Shown: positions 1-11,672, counted from the whole stretch's first letter. The stretch is DNA of 63,426 nucleotides, filler included, from Globobulimina sp. (GCA_003354225.1; 27 parts of 27 records of this genome joined end to end with filler, not necessarily neighbours in it); one strand, 5' to 3'. Notes: generated by a model from the letters alone, not told the origin. Program-made: numbers and translations.

Positions 1-88
1 AAGTTTAGGATTTATATAATTTCCGGTTGTGACATTTTAATGATAAAAAAAAAGGTTTTTTACTTCACTTTTTTTTGCTTGCGTTGCA

Positions 89-1111
89 ATGTCTAAACGA
101 AGTCGTAAAGAATTTGAAGGATCGATCCCGCAAAAAAATCATCAGCATTTGAATGATTTAAGGCAGTCCAAACGCATTCGCAACAAAAACAAAAATAATA
201 ATAATACAATAAATGCCTCAGAGTTTGAGTGTCCAGTCTGTTATGAAGAATTTAGTCATCATATATATCAATGTGTGGAGGGCCATTTGTTGTGCCATGT
301 CTGTCGGCCGCAATTCAGTTTATGTCCAACCTGCAGAGTCTCCTTATCGTCCAATATTAGGAACAGGATTTTAGAGCAGATATTAAGCACAAAAAATAAT
401 AATAACAGCTCTTTGAAAAATAATAAAAAGAATAATGTTAATTATTTATGCAGTTTATGTGATAAATCATTTGGCTCAGCACTTGAACGGAATGAACATG
501 GCAATATTTGCGCATTTCGGAAAATAAAATGTCCATTTTCTGATTGTAAATGGTTTGATCATTTTAATACATTTTGCATTCATGCACAGAAAATCCATCA
601 CACTTCAAATGGTTCAAAACAACCAATAATTCCTATCAAACATAAAAACAATCAAAAAATATATAAATTTAATCACGCCATCAAATTCCCGGGCGGTGCT
701 TTAAAAAGAAAAGAAGCTGATTTTGTATGGCCCAAAATCGTGAGTTTTACCAATGGCACACAGTTTTTTATTTTATCCAGGTTTCACGATGGATGTATCA
801 CTGTATTTACCCGCCTCATTAAATTATTGCCCTTAAATAAAGCGGATACGGTCAGTACTGGCCAATATTGGATAGAGTTAAGAGTCAAAAATAAAGAAAA
901 GGAAAATAAAGAAGACGAAGATATTGGTTTTAGTGCCATACCGTTGCGATGGCCATGCGATTTATATGGCATTCAGTTGCCATTTGATTATAAAAGAGCC
1001 AATAAACAAATTTTAAGCGTTCATCATTCCATATTCACCAAATATTGGGATCAAGAAAACCCTCAAAGTTTTGCTGTGCTTAGGTTTCAATTCCAAGTCG
1101 TTTTAAAATAA
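89..1111 (+). CDS. SINA/Siah-like RING E3 ubiquitin ligase
   Basis: RING CPVC..CVEGHLLCHVC..CPTC followed by RNRILEQI, then a SINA/TRAF-type finger (H..IC..RKIKCPFSDCKW....HAQKIH). Confidence 0.8.
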   Translation: MSKRSRKEFEGSIPQKNHQHLNDLRQSKRIRNKNKNNNNTINASEFECPVCYEEFSHHIYQCVEGHLLCHVCRPQFSLCPTCRVSLSSNIRNRILEQILSTKNNNNSSLKNNKKNNVNYLCSLCDKSFGSALERNEHGNICAFRKIKCPFSDCKWFDHFNTFCIHAQKIHHTSNGSKQPIIPIKHKNNQKIYKFNHAIKFPGGALKRKEADFVWPKIVSFTNGTQFFILSRFHDGCITVFTRLIKLLPLNKADTVSTGQYWIELRVKNKEKENKEDEDIGFSAIPLRWPCDLYGIQLPFDYKRANKQILSVHHSIFTKYWDQENPQSFAVLRFQFQVVLK

Positions 1112-1181
1112 TTCTATGTGTTATTCAATATTATTTAATGTATGCGGACTCTATATTTGCGAGTGATTTCTTTTTAAGTAT

Positions 1182-2255
1182 TTATGTAAAATGTTGTTGC
1201 ATTCTATCAATGTAAAGTATCACAAAACTGTTATCTCCAGCGGGAGCTTGGCACTTCAATAACTTCCAATATCCATGGCTTTGTTTCCTCCGCCGAAACC
1301 GTTGAATTTTCTTACTGCGATACTGAGCCCACATAAACTTGCTACCCGGCGCACAATTCGGTAGCTGGAAACATTCACTTTTGCTGTTAATATATTTCTT
1401 ATCGTCGCCCAACTTATAAGCTCTGATTTTAAATCGAATATCAAACTCATGCTGTCCATCCCTCTCCGTCTCCTTGTATTTGATGGTGTATTTGCTGCGT
1501 ACCGTGCTCTCCGAAATGCTCTGCGTGCGGCTGCCTAATCGCTCCATTTTGTCTGATGGGATCGCAGTGTCATACAATTTATTATTACGCTGCTTATCAT
1601 TGGCGCGCGCTTTGTCGCGATACGATTTATTTTTAGACGCAGTCAATAAGCCACGTAGATAGTCCTTCCGTTCTCGATCATATTCCCTATATACAAACTG
1701 ATGGAAAAAGTCGGCGCCATCGTCATTCTGCGCAATGTCCTGGATCTCTCGCATCAATCTCTCCACTGCAAAATTGTACTTCTTGTCACTATACACTGCA
1801 GCAAGAAAGTCCTCGTCATGCCATAAGTAATTGAAACGCGAATCGTTGGCAATGAAATTGATGGCTTGATCTAATAACACCTCCACATGTTCATCATCCG
1901 CAGCATAAAAAATAGCTTTGATCACATATTCGGGATAACGCGTTTTTTTCTTTTGTATGATGCCGTCCGTCCACGCATCGGTATCCATGTGCGTATAAGG
2001 AAGGGTTGGCTCAGTATCGTCATTGTCATCGGTGCGCAGACTGAATACACCGGATTTCAATGATAGAGTGGCGGTGACTGGGGTACTCTGTACAGTTTCT
2101 GTTGCACTGACCGCCGTGGCACCGTATTTCAATGACAGTGTGGTCTCAGTGTCTGGACTTAAATGGGAAGCAATGGACAGTGCATTGTCAGTGCGCTGAC
2201 TTCGTTCAGTTTGTTGCGGCGAGTCTGGCAGTGTAGCATTAAAAAGGTCGTCCTT
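1182..2255 (-). CDS. Hypothetical protein, 5'-partial
   Basis: Frame stays open from the contig edge (2255) to TAA at 1182; no recognisable domain. Confidence 0.55.
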   Translation of the reverse strand, partial: KDDLFNATLPDSPQQTERSQRTDNALSIASHLSPDTETTLSLKYGATAVSATETVQSTPVTATLSLKSGVFSLRTDDNDDTEPTLPYTHMDTDAWTDGIIQKKKTRYPEYVIKAIFYAADDEHVEVLLDQAINFIANDSRFNYLWHDEDFLAAVYSDKKYNFAVERLMREIQDIAQNDDGADFFHQFVYREYDRERKDYLRGLLTASKNKSYRDKARANDKQRNNKLYDTAIPSDKMERLGSRTQSISESTVRSKYTIKYKETERDGQHEFDIRFKIRAYKLGDDKKYINSKSECFQLPNCAPGSKFMWAQYRSKKIQRFRRRKQSHGYWKLLKCQAPAGDNSFVILYIDRMQQHFT

Positions 2256-2355
2256 NNNNNNNNNNNNNNNNNNNNNNNNNNNNNNNNNNNNNNNNNNNNT
2301 TAATTAATTAANNNNNNNNNNNNNNNNNNNNNNNNNNNNNNNNNNNNNNNNNNNN
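2256..2355. other. Artificial contig linker (first of 26)
   Basis: 100-bp N-run + TTAATTAATTAA (stops in all six frames) + N-run, recurring every ~2.35 kb and separating contigs of decreasing length (2255 to 2251 bp). Confidence 0.99.
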
Positions 2356-3509
2356 GCAAAAGCAATAAAAATATTAGTTTCGTTTTCAAGAAATTCAAAT
2401 CACGAATTGGAGCATGTAGATGCGATAAATGCGCAAGAGTTAAATATTTTGACTGAATCCATTGTATTATTATGGAATTTGGAGGGAGTCCAAGAAACCT
2501 TTAAACAGCGACAATATTTTAGTTTGACAGAGAATATGGATTATTTTTTTAATAAAATTACTGCTATTTTGGATGGTGAATATGAGCCATCCATCGAAGA
2601 TATATTAAATGCCAGGATGCAAACAACAGGTTCGCTTTCTATATATGTGCTTTTTGATAGTTTTGGACGTTGATTGCAACACAAAACGTGTAGTAAGTTA
2701 TAGTGGATTTGTATTGGCGCACATTACAAATTAACACTCGAGCTCTAATCCAAAATTATTTGCATAGAGCAGCATAGCCATAGCAACTTTGTCTGAAAAT
2801 AAATCGCTACAAATTGCGATTCTGAGCAGGATTTTAACATATTTTGAATATGTAAAAAATATATATGTGCTAAGGTATTGTGGAGAGGATATATTTTATC
2901 GAAAGAATCCAATTCAATATATTTGATGTGGGCGGACAACGGAATGAGAGACGTAAATGGATTCAGTTATTTGATGCAGTGAATGGTTTAATATTTGTCG
3001 CCGCACTCAATCATTATTGTTGTGGTTTATTTGAAGATGAAACGGTTAACGCAATGCAGGAATCGTTGCTCTTATTTGATGAAATAGCAAATGCAAAATG
3101 GTTTTCATCGAAACATACACAATTTATATTATTTTTAAATAAAAATGATTTGTTTATCCAGCGATTGAAAGTTGATAAGATTCCATTGTCGGTGTGTTTC
3201 AATCTGGAGAACGATAAGTATTATGGGAAGAATTTTGGTGATAAATTTGAGAAGGACTTTGAAACGGAAATGGAAGAAAATGAATGGTTTAATTTATGTT
3301 ATCACGAAGCACTTGTTTTTATTAAACATAAATATTTATCAACAAATAAAAATAAACGAATAACCAGCATATTCACGCATGTTACCACTGCGACACAGAA
3401 ATCAAATATAAAGAAGGTATTCGATGATGTAAGAATGGGAATAATATCACAAAATCTTGCTAATTCAGGATTTCATGTCGATAAACAAGAAATGAATGAA
3501 ATGAAATAG
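2356..3509 (+). CDS. Heterotrimeric G-protein alpha subunit, 5'-partial; intron 2630-2874
   Basis: EDILNARMQTTG|IVE, DVGGQRNERRKW, FLNKND, HVTTAT motifs; the GT..AG intron joins ORFs 2407 and 2880 in frame. Confidence 0.93.
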
Positions 3510-3639
3510 CTATATAGCCGTATACGTAAATTTTTACATGTTTTTAATTTGTAATTGTGTTGAAACAAAATAATAGCAAATAGATTGTAATTGTGTGTTA
3601 GGTTTTAGCTGAAAAACATCATTTACTACAAACTTGACA

Positions 3640-4608
3640 ATGGCTCAATTACCTGATGATTATCAGGACGGAATCAACATCAAAAATGGATTCCAATGTA
3701 GTGAATGTCTTTGTACTCACGATATCACGGATGTATTTCTTTGGTCCTCATGTCAACACAAATACAGCCGTGGCTGTGTTGTCTTTGTTATTAAACAACA
3801 ATTATATGATAAAAAATTGCCGATATGTATCGTTGACAATTGCAATAAACTCTTACTCGAAGATGCAGCACAATTAGTCTTACCACACGACATTTTAATG
3901 GAATTCTATCAAACACATAACGATTACCAATACCCTCAAAACCAAACAAAACTTGCCGTTGATGAAAAAAATAGGTAACCAATATCTTATTATGTCTAAA
4001 TTAATTATGCTCATTTCTGTATTAACAGTCTGCCTCACTATGAATCATTGAAACAGCCCAATGACTCGGATAACACTTCGAATTCTGATGGTTTCCCAGA
4101 GATTGAACAACAAATATTTGGGACAATAGATGCCGACCCAGAGGATGACTCATCTGATGCAGAAATAACGTATGACAAAACTGAGCAAGAACCGTTATTA
4201 AAGCATCAACCATCATATGGTACCAACATGAATATGAATATGAGTGTTAATACAACATTGTTTGACTGCATTGTATGTGACGATAAGCACTTTAATTATG
4301 ATAAATTTGCATGGACACAATGTCGACATTTGTATGGGAGACAATGTGCAGAAAATATGATCATTGAATGGTTATTCAAACGGGATATCCCTCAATGTAT
4401 AAAATGCAAATCTCGACTGGAAGTGTTTGATGCTACCTCTTTATTACAAGTTGATGAGTTACAAATATTTAAACAAATATATGCGTTAAAAGCCTCGTTG
4501 GTGAGTTTTAATGCTGAACAACAGCAAAATAAAGCTGACAAGGATGACAACGATGACAACGCTGACATGATGTCTAGTGAAAAAACTTCAGTTAAGTGCA
4601 CATTTTGA
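3640..4608 (+). CDS. Protein with two RING-like (RBR RING1-type) zinc fingers; intron 3975-4028
   Basis: Two copies of FxCxxC...WxxCxHxYxRxC...PxC; a 54-nt GT..AG intron joins the two ORFs in frame. Confidence 0.65.
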
Positions 4609-4710
4609 AGNNNNNNNNNNNNNNNNNNNNNNNNNNNNNNNNNNNNNNNNNNNNTTAATTAATTAANNNNNNNNNNNNNNNNNNNNNNNNNNNNNNNNNN
4701 NNNNNNNNNN

Positions 4711-5532
4711 ATTGCAAGACATATTTCCTATGTCCATTACTATATTATCCCCGCCCTAAGAAGATTGGAGGAGGCAGTATCTGGGAAAGATCCATCGGAC
4801 AAAATTCGAATAACAGTTGAAATGGCCAGGGATATTGAATTGGTCATTGAACCAATCAAAGACAACAGCAATAATAGTATCAAATTTAAATGGTTACTAT
4901 ACGATAAGTCCGCTGCAGACGTGACACTTGAAACGGATGCATCGGGAAAGATTGGTATCGGAGGAATTGAAATGAAGAATGATGGGATATATTATGGATT
5001 CTTATATAAACATTTATTCGAATGGAACCATGCAAACCCACCGGATATAGTGTATTTGGAATTGCTGGCAATCTATGTCATGCTAAGCATAAATCCAGCG
5101 AGATGGACTGGAAAAGCTGTGCTATTACTTTGTGATAATAAGGCAGTCTGCGCAGTGGTAGCAAAGAAATGCGCCTGTTTTTATCGCAAAGATTTACAGG
5201 AATTAATACGGAAAATATGTGGACTATGTAATAAATATAAATATTATATTTGGATTAATTGGATATCAACATTAATGAATCCAAGATCGGACGGGCTATC
5301 GAGAGGAAAGGCCAATGCATTGGAAACCTGTGATAACGATTGGAACTTAATAGACAAAAGCAATGAAGCCATATTAGCTGCTAACAATGGCTTAAGAATA
5401 TACAAGGAAGCCAGAAAGAGAATGCCTAACTTAAAAGGCAAAAAGAAACAATGTAAATGCAAGAATGAGATAACTTGCAAACAACAAACAATATATCCAA
5501 AATGGGTATCTTTGAACCAATATAGATATTAA
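4711..5532 (+). CDS. RT-RNase H polyprotein C-terminus (DIRS-type RNase H), 5'-partial
   Basis: ETDASGKIGIGG, LELLAI, LLCDN, WIST..N..SDGLSR; frame is open to the contig edge. Confidence 0.85.
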   Translation: MARHISYVHYYIIPALRRLEEAVSGKDPSDKIRITVEMARDIELVIEPIKDNSNNSIKFKWLLYDKSAADVTLETDASGKIGIGGIEMKNDGIYYGFLYKHLFEWNHANPPDIVYLELLAIYVMLSINPARWTGKAVLLLCDNKAVCAVVAKKCACFYRKDLQELIRKICGLCNKYKYYIWINWISTLMNPRSDGLSRGKANALETCDNDWNLIDKSNEAILAANNGLRIYKEARKRMPNLKGKKKQCKCKNEITCKQQTIYPKWVSLNQYRY

Positions 5533-5695
5533 TAACATAAATTGCATTGAAATAAATTAAATAAAAAATTCTGTTTGCTTTCACATAAAACAGAAACACT
5601 TTCCCGCGTTTTTTTAAATTGAAACAAAGTTTTTGTTTTTTTTCTTTTTACTTACTAACGAAAAACAAACAAACCCCCTAAAAACACACACAAAG

Positions 5696-6766
5696 ATGTC
5701 AACTACGGCAAGTTTCCAGCCAAGAAAACTAACAAAGCAGCAATTTGCAGACAAAAGAGCAAATAATTGGCAGTATCGACACGCCACAACAACCAATGGA
5801 CAATATGGATCCATTGAAAAATACTGGCTCATATTTAGCAAAATCCAACAAAGACCAATAACAGATTTTAGCGAAGCCAATATCATTGATTATATGATTT
5901 GGAGTAAGGAATGTAAGTCAAAATTTGGATGGACAGCGGTGCATTCGCACCAATTTGGTATTCGAGATATGGCCTTAAAATATGGCAGGATCGTAAAGAT
6001 AGGAAAGGCAGAGATGCCAAACCTATATAATTACAAGATTTCAGAAAAAAGACAAAACCCAGGAAAGGGGGGCTCGGCAGCTATAACCGAGGAAATGGTA
6101 AAAGAATGGATAAATATAATAAAAAAGGATAGGAATTTGGATAAAATAACCAAATTATCATGGATTGGTATCATTAGTTTAGCATTCACAGAAATTAAAA
6201 GAATTAGTGAATATACGACAGAAACACAATTATCGGACAATACAAAATATAAAAGCATGAATTTTGAATACAAACTGAACAGCAAAGATTGGAATAAGTC
6301 AACTTATATTATTTGGCAAAGGGACACTGGAAAGACACACCAATTCAACACAGTAAATAATAAGTTACAAACGGCAATAATCTGCCAATGTAACGCAAAG
6401 ACAAATGTATGCACTAAATGTGCTTTGATGAAACTAACAAAGCAAAGAATCGCAAGAAAAGCATTAAAGGGATTGGAAATAGGAGCAAATGATTATATAT
6501 TTACTCATGAACAGAAACCTATAAATAAATACATGGTAGGAAGGAAAATAAAGGAATTATGTATTGAAACAGGATACGATCCAGCAATACATACACCGCA
6601 CGGACTTAGAAAAGGAGGAACTCAAAAGGCAATAGCAGATGGAGTGCCATTGCCGCAAATTCAGAAACAAGCAGATTGGAAAGGACCAGCAATGATATTC
6701 AGATATAATGACAATATCAACATCAAAAAGCAAGTGCAAATAATGAAGAAAGTATATAAGAAATGA
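5696..6766 (+). CDS. Tyrosine recombinase
   Basis: Catalytic set R (KRISEY), K (GKTHQ), HxxR (HGLRKGG), W (ADW), Y (FRY); ATG at 5696. Confidence 0.9.
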   Translation: MSTTASFQPRKLTKQQFADKRANNWQYRHATTTNGQYGSIEKYWLIFSKIQQRPITDFSEANIIDYMIWSKECKSKFGWTAVHSHQFGIRDMALKYGRIVKIGKAEMPNLYNYKISEKRQNPGKGGSAAITEEMVKEWINIIKKDRNLDKITKLSWIGIISLAFTEIKRISEYTTETQLSDNTKYKSMNFEYKLNSKDWNKSTYIIWQRDTGKTHQFNTVNNKLQTAIICQCNAKTNVCTKCALMKLTKQRIARKALKGLEIGANDYIFTHEQKPINKYMVGRKIKELCIETGYDPAIHTPHGLRKGGTQKAIADGVPLPQIQKQADWKGPAMIFRYNDNINIKKQVQIMKKVYKK

Positions 6767-7404
6767 TTGTAAATTTTATATTTAATTTAAATCAAAACAA
6801 ACAGAATACAAAACGTAAGCAGATACAACAGGAAAGGCAAACGATTGGAAATAAGACTAGGTAAAGACAGCAACGATTAGACTAGTGCTAACTAAGTATT
6901 TTCTGTGACCTAACTCAAAAAGGTTCGATTACATGGCACTTACGCTTTAGATTGCCAACTTTAANNNNNNNNNNNNNNNNNNNNNNNNNNNNNNNNNNNN
7001 NNNNNNNNTTAATTAATTAANNNNNNNNNNNNNNNNNNNNNNNNNNNNNNNNNNNNNNNNNNNNGTATGTTATTTGAAATTATGGTATACACAAAATTAC
7101 ACGGATGATGTAGTTTATTTATGGATAGTGCCTAATAATACTATTGCTGGAATCGGCATTCAGATTATCTGTCTGAATATCTGTCATCACATTGGAGTGA
7201 TTAGACAGTCCATTTAAAGTATGTGACCTAAATATCTGTGGTAGACGTGGCTCATTTTTTTTCTTGATCGCGTCTTTCAATATTTTTTTCTCGCTACATA
7301 GGTAACACTCGATTACAGCGGAGAAACAAAAGGAAAAAAGTTGCGGAATCAGGTATGATTATAATGGACATAAGTTAACAACCTGTCTATTAAAATGCAA
7401 TTAA

Positions 7405-7540
7405 TTTATAACAACAAGTTGTACGAAATTTCATATACAAAAAAAAGTTATTCTAAATATAACTTTTTTGTTTGAAAAAAGTTATATTTGAAATTTCATA
7501 TACAAAAAAAAAATTATTATGTACAACTTGTTGTTATAAA
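7405..7540. repeat. Inverted-repeat (MITE-like/foldback) element
   Basis: Perfect 20-bp inverted repeat TTTATAACAACAAGTTGTAC at 7405-7424 / 7521-7540; internal duplicated GAAATTTCATATACAAAAAAA. Confidence 0.6.
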
Positions 7541-7919
7541 AACTGAAAATGTAATAATAACACCCATAAATAAACAGATTCTAATATCAAATATAGCATT
7601 CATGGATATTGCATCTGGCGATAATTTTATCTCCACTGTTTCCATGGACTTGTGCGAGAGTATAATGTATAATTATATAGTTTTTATGAAACGAGCTAGT
7701 TGGTTTCTGTAAATTCTGTTGTATATATTCAGAATTGTTTGCGTCCAGCTACTGACAGTTAAAAAAAAAGTTCCATTCAGTTCCTTACCTTATTTTATAG
7801 TCCAAAGTAAAAACATTTTTGACTGTATTTTGTTTCGTACTTTGTAAATCCTCTCGCACAGAGTCGCACTTTTAAAGCTTAATCGACAAATTGAAGCGCA
7901 TACAATTAGAAAACATAAA

Positions 7920-9020
7920 ATGAATACTAATAATTTTGATAACTGGTTTCGTGAAATCAAACAAGAATTATTATTATCGGAGCCAGAAAACATCGCAGCG
8001 CGTGCTCAATGTTGCGAGAATATTATCAATGAATCAATCTCGCAGTTAAATACCAAATTAGGTTTGAAACAGCTCGATCGACAGCAATTATACAAATGTA
8101 CTATCGATCCGCGCGTACATTTACAGTTTTTATTGGATTGGCCCGGTTTGCGTTTAGGTTCAGAGAGTGTGAAAGTGCCTCGCTCGAAACGCGAATATGA
8201 GAAGAAAGCGAAAAACTGGTTAAATGGTCGTCGTGCTCCCAATTATGGAAAAACATTATTCCCTCAATTTATATCAGAATCCGAGCAATACGCCAAAAAA
8301 ATCACAAAATATCTTATCTCTGACACTAAAAAGCAATCCGTATATTATAAAGTGCTCATTTATAGAATATTAGCGCAGTTTTGTGCGTGCAGCGTCTCTC
8401 TAAACGAACAAGCTAAAAAAGCCCCCTTTTTCTGCAAAAATAGCATCGAACGCAAAGGCAAATTGAAAGAGATATTGCAAGCTTACGCCTTCGACCACCA
8501 ATACATTCAAGGCTTTCCTTCCTGTTTCCAAGAAGCAATCGATTATTTCGAGAATAAATCAAACCAATATTTCGCTCAACTTCTGTCTGAATGTCAGAAC
8601 CAGAGTAATTTTCAAATAACAGATGTCGATGCTGATTATGTGCAAATTAATGCACATAATAATGACACTAACAACGAGTTAACATTTTGGAAGAATAAAG
8701 CTCAACAATTACAACAAGAGTTAGATAATGAGAGACAAAAACGCATCCAAACTGAGAAAGAAAGGGATGGTTTGCAACAATTACTTAATTCATTACATTC
8801 GACGTATAATATTAATAACAATCAATGCCAATATGGGATTATTGCTGCTCCGCCAAAACAATTTAATATGTATAGTAATAGTGGCGGTGGAACGGCACAG
8901 CATCAGTCTGCGCAAAATGTGCAAAATATTCAAATGCAGAATGTAAATGGTGGGGTGTATCAGAATAAAGTGGGTCAACAAATGGCGGCTACTTTGTTAC
9001 GTATTTTACAAACTGAATAA
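7920..9020 (+). CDS. Hypothetical protein with C-terminal coiled coil and Q/N-rich tail
   Basis: 366-aa intronless ORF, ATG to TAA, in AT-rich DNA; no known domain recognised. Confidence 0.65.
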   Translation: MNTNNFDNWFREIKQELLLSEPENIAARAQCCENIINESISQLNTKLGLKQLDRQQLYKCTIDPRVHLQFLLDWPGLRLGSESVKVPRSKREYEKKAKNWLNGRRAPNYGKTLFPQFISESEQYAKKITKYLISDTKKQSVYYKVLIYRILAQFCACSVSLNEQAKKAPFFCKNSIERKGKLKEILQAYAFDHQYIQGFPSCFQEAIDYFENKSNQYFAQLLSECQNQSNFQITDVDADYVQINAHNNDTNNELTFWKNKAQQLQQELDNERQKRIQTEKERDGLQQLLNSLHSTYNINNNQCQYGIIAAPPKQFNMYSNSGGGTAQHQSAQNVQNIQMQNVNGGVYQNKVGQQMAATLLRILQTE

Positions 9021-9252
9021 GTGAAATATTTGCAACAGGGACATGCGATTAAAATATACTGTATACAATATTGTAAATGTATGTTAATGAAAAAAAGTAG
9101 GTAAAATATAAGAATATATACTTTAATCTAACTTTTTTTTTTAATATGCTAATATGTGTTATCTTTTTTTTTAATTTTATAGTCAAATACACTCCGTTCT
9201 GACCATATGTTGTTTATCATTATTGTTTGTAAGAGCATTGTGATTGGAATTC

Positions 9253-9318
9253 GTGCATTTAACTGAATCGAAAGCAAAGTCACTAATTCAGTACAATTTT
9301 ATTCGTCCCAGCAACGAT
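9253..9318. mobile_element. End of MITE family also seen at 51464-51671
   Basis: 66 bp matching the reverse complement of 51606-51671; cut by the contig end. Confidence 0.75.
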
Positions 9319-9418
9319 NNNNNNNNNNNNNNNNNNNNNNNNNNNNNNNNNNNNNNNNNNNNTTAATTAATTAANNNNNNNNNNNNNNNNNNNNNNNNNN
9401 NNNNNNNNNNNNNNNNNN

Positions 9419-10465
9419 TGATTCGTTTTCTTTTTCTAAATTATTTATTCTTTGTTGTTGATTTTCAATTTTTGATTGCTTTTCGTTTAATTCTTTTTTT
9501 AACCGTTTTATCATAATTTCATCATCTCCAAATTCCTTATTTTCATTTTCATCCTTTTTCTTTTCGTTGCAATTAATCACAATTCCAAAATCATTGATAT
9601 TTGCAATCAATTTGTCATATTTTTTCTCATTAATTTGATAATCGATATTAATAATCATTGAATCATTTAAATTGATGATATTTGCCACATTTTCATTATT
9701 TGCATTTAAATTATTTTGAGTTTGTTTGAATTTTTCATTTATTTCTTTTCCAATTTTGATCATTTTTCTTTTTCGTTTTCTTGCATTTTCATTTTTTGTG
9801 CTTTTAATCAAATAATCAAATTCTTTGAGTTTCTCATTTAAATATTTTCGATGTTTTATTAATTCACATTTGGATTCGTTTAAAATATCTCCTTCTTTTT
9901 CTTCATCATTATTTTCATCAATTTCTCCTTTAATTTTCTTTAATTCATTCAATACATTTTCTTGTTTCACAATTAACGCATTCTTAATCTCAGCACATTT
10001 TTCATTCATTTTATTTTTCGTATTTTCAATTTGTTTATATTTCATTTCTTTGATTCTTTCAATGCTTTTTGCATATTTTTCTCTTAAATCATCCATTTTA
10101 GTTTCAAGCAAAGCCAATGATTTTAAATATTTTCTTGTTTCATCGATAATAATTTCTTCCTTCTCACTCATGATCACAGTCACTACCATCACCGAAGAAA
10201 AATCGTCAGATCTTGGAATCGTTTCCATTGCTTCCACCAATTTGGAGATCATTTGAGCATGTTTTACAATGACATCTTTATCGCCTAAAAACTGTCGAAA
10301 CTGCGCAGATTGAACGGACAACGAAGGCACTGTATTCATGCCATATTTTAATAAGATATGCTCGATCTTTTGCAATCCATTTTGTTTAATCCATTTCGCA
10401 AATTCAAAGGCAACTTCTCCTTCCAATTGCAAACTTGTTTCGTTTGCTTGCAAAAAAGCACTCAT
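9419..10465 (-). CDS. SAM-like domain plus long coiled-coil protein, 3'-partial
   Basis: FAKWIKQNGLQKIEHILLKYGM (SAM-like) followed by E/K-rich heptads. Confidence 0.6.
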
Positions 10466-11190
10466 TCTCTTGATTTGTTATGTTGTTTATTCACACTTGA
10501 TGTGCCATTATAGAATTCGAAATACAACAAAATCTGAAAAAACAAAAGAGTGTTAGTAATTCAGCTGAAAAGGAGGAATGGTGGTATTAATATTTGATTG
10601 TAGCTGCGGGAGATAGGGATCCTCTGCGTATACTATTACTGTTGGTGCGCATGACATGTATTGGAGTGCATGGAGAATGGAGCAATCACGGAAGTGCAGT
10701 GACAGTGGGTGGCAGTGGTACAGATACATATATACAGTTTAATAATCAATTTAGAATTGGTAATACTGGTTATGATCATTTGTCGATTGTCGTTTAAAGT
10801 GTTACTTTCCATTTTGCAAAACAAGGGTATTTAGATAACGTCGATGCTGTGTCAGATGGTATGGCTGTGACACATAATTCAGTTGTTTCCTGTTGCTCGT
10901 GTTATGTGTTGGTTTAATATAAGACATTTGTTTATATTTGGAAACATGATCAATATCATTATATGGCTCAAACTGTCAAAACATACATTTGATTCATTGA
11001 TTGTATTTTCTCGATGCTTTTATGGTTGTTTGCTGCGCATTGGCCCTCCTGCATTTGGTACAGCTGATTGGGGGATTCCGCGGCAGACATTGATCCTTTC
11101 AGTATAGAAAACTTTCAAGTCAAGTCAGTATAAATTACTATTAATATTAAAATTATACATAATATAATACAAAAACGTTTGTTAATTAAT

Positions 11191-11672
11191 TTACAATAAA
11201 CAATATCCACCATCCATAACAAGTTCATGTCCAGTAATATAACTCGACGCATTCTCACTGGCCAACAATATAACCGCAGCCACTAATTCTTGTGGTTTAC
11301 ATAACCGTTTCATTGGTATCATATGCGACCATATTTTCCTTAGCGGTGCTAAACCGGGCTGCGCCACCATTGGCGTCAATGTATATCCCGGACTTATTGA
11401 ATTTACACATATGCCATGTTCTGCCCATTCCACAGCCAACGATCGGGTCATATGAGCCACTGCTGCTTTACTCAAATTATACACCGCCTGTCTCTGTGGC
11501 CAATTTACGACCGTCGCCGACATGGACGCGGTATTAATAATCTTCCCTTTAATTTTATTCCTAATCATATACGCCGCCTCTTTTTGACAACAAAAAAAAA
11601 CACTTTTCACATTCAAATTCATTTGTTTGTCATAATCACTTTCTGTCACTGCAGACCCAGCGTAATTGTGTT
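11191..11672 (-). CDS. Short-chain dehydrogenase/reductase (polyol/sugar reductase-like), 5'-partial
   Basis: INTASMS, YNLSK (YxxxK), VNSISPGY..TPM, SYITGHELVMDGG. Confidence 0.9.

Larger units (their letters stand above)
4711..6964 (+). mobile_element. Tyrosine-recombinase (DIRS/Ngaro/PAT-like) retrotransposon, 3' part
   Basis: DIRS-type RNase H ORF followed by a tyrosine recombinase ORF on the same strand, intronless. Confidence 0.85.

Noticed and set aside
2256-2355. Regularly spaced TTAATTAATTAA palindromes and uniform ~2.25-kb segments suggesting nanochromosomes or an array
   Set aside because: They are artificial linkers between length-sorted contigs; most contigs cut genes mid-frame and have no telomeric repeats. 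The equal 2132-bp size of the two circular contigs follows from the same sorting.
5696-6766. Phage integrase or integron
   Set aside because: It follows a DIRS-type RNase H in eukaryotic DNA; no att sites or phage genes are visible.
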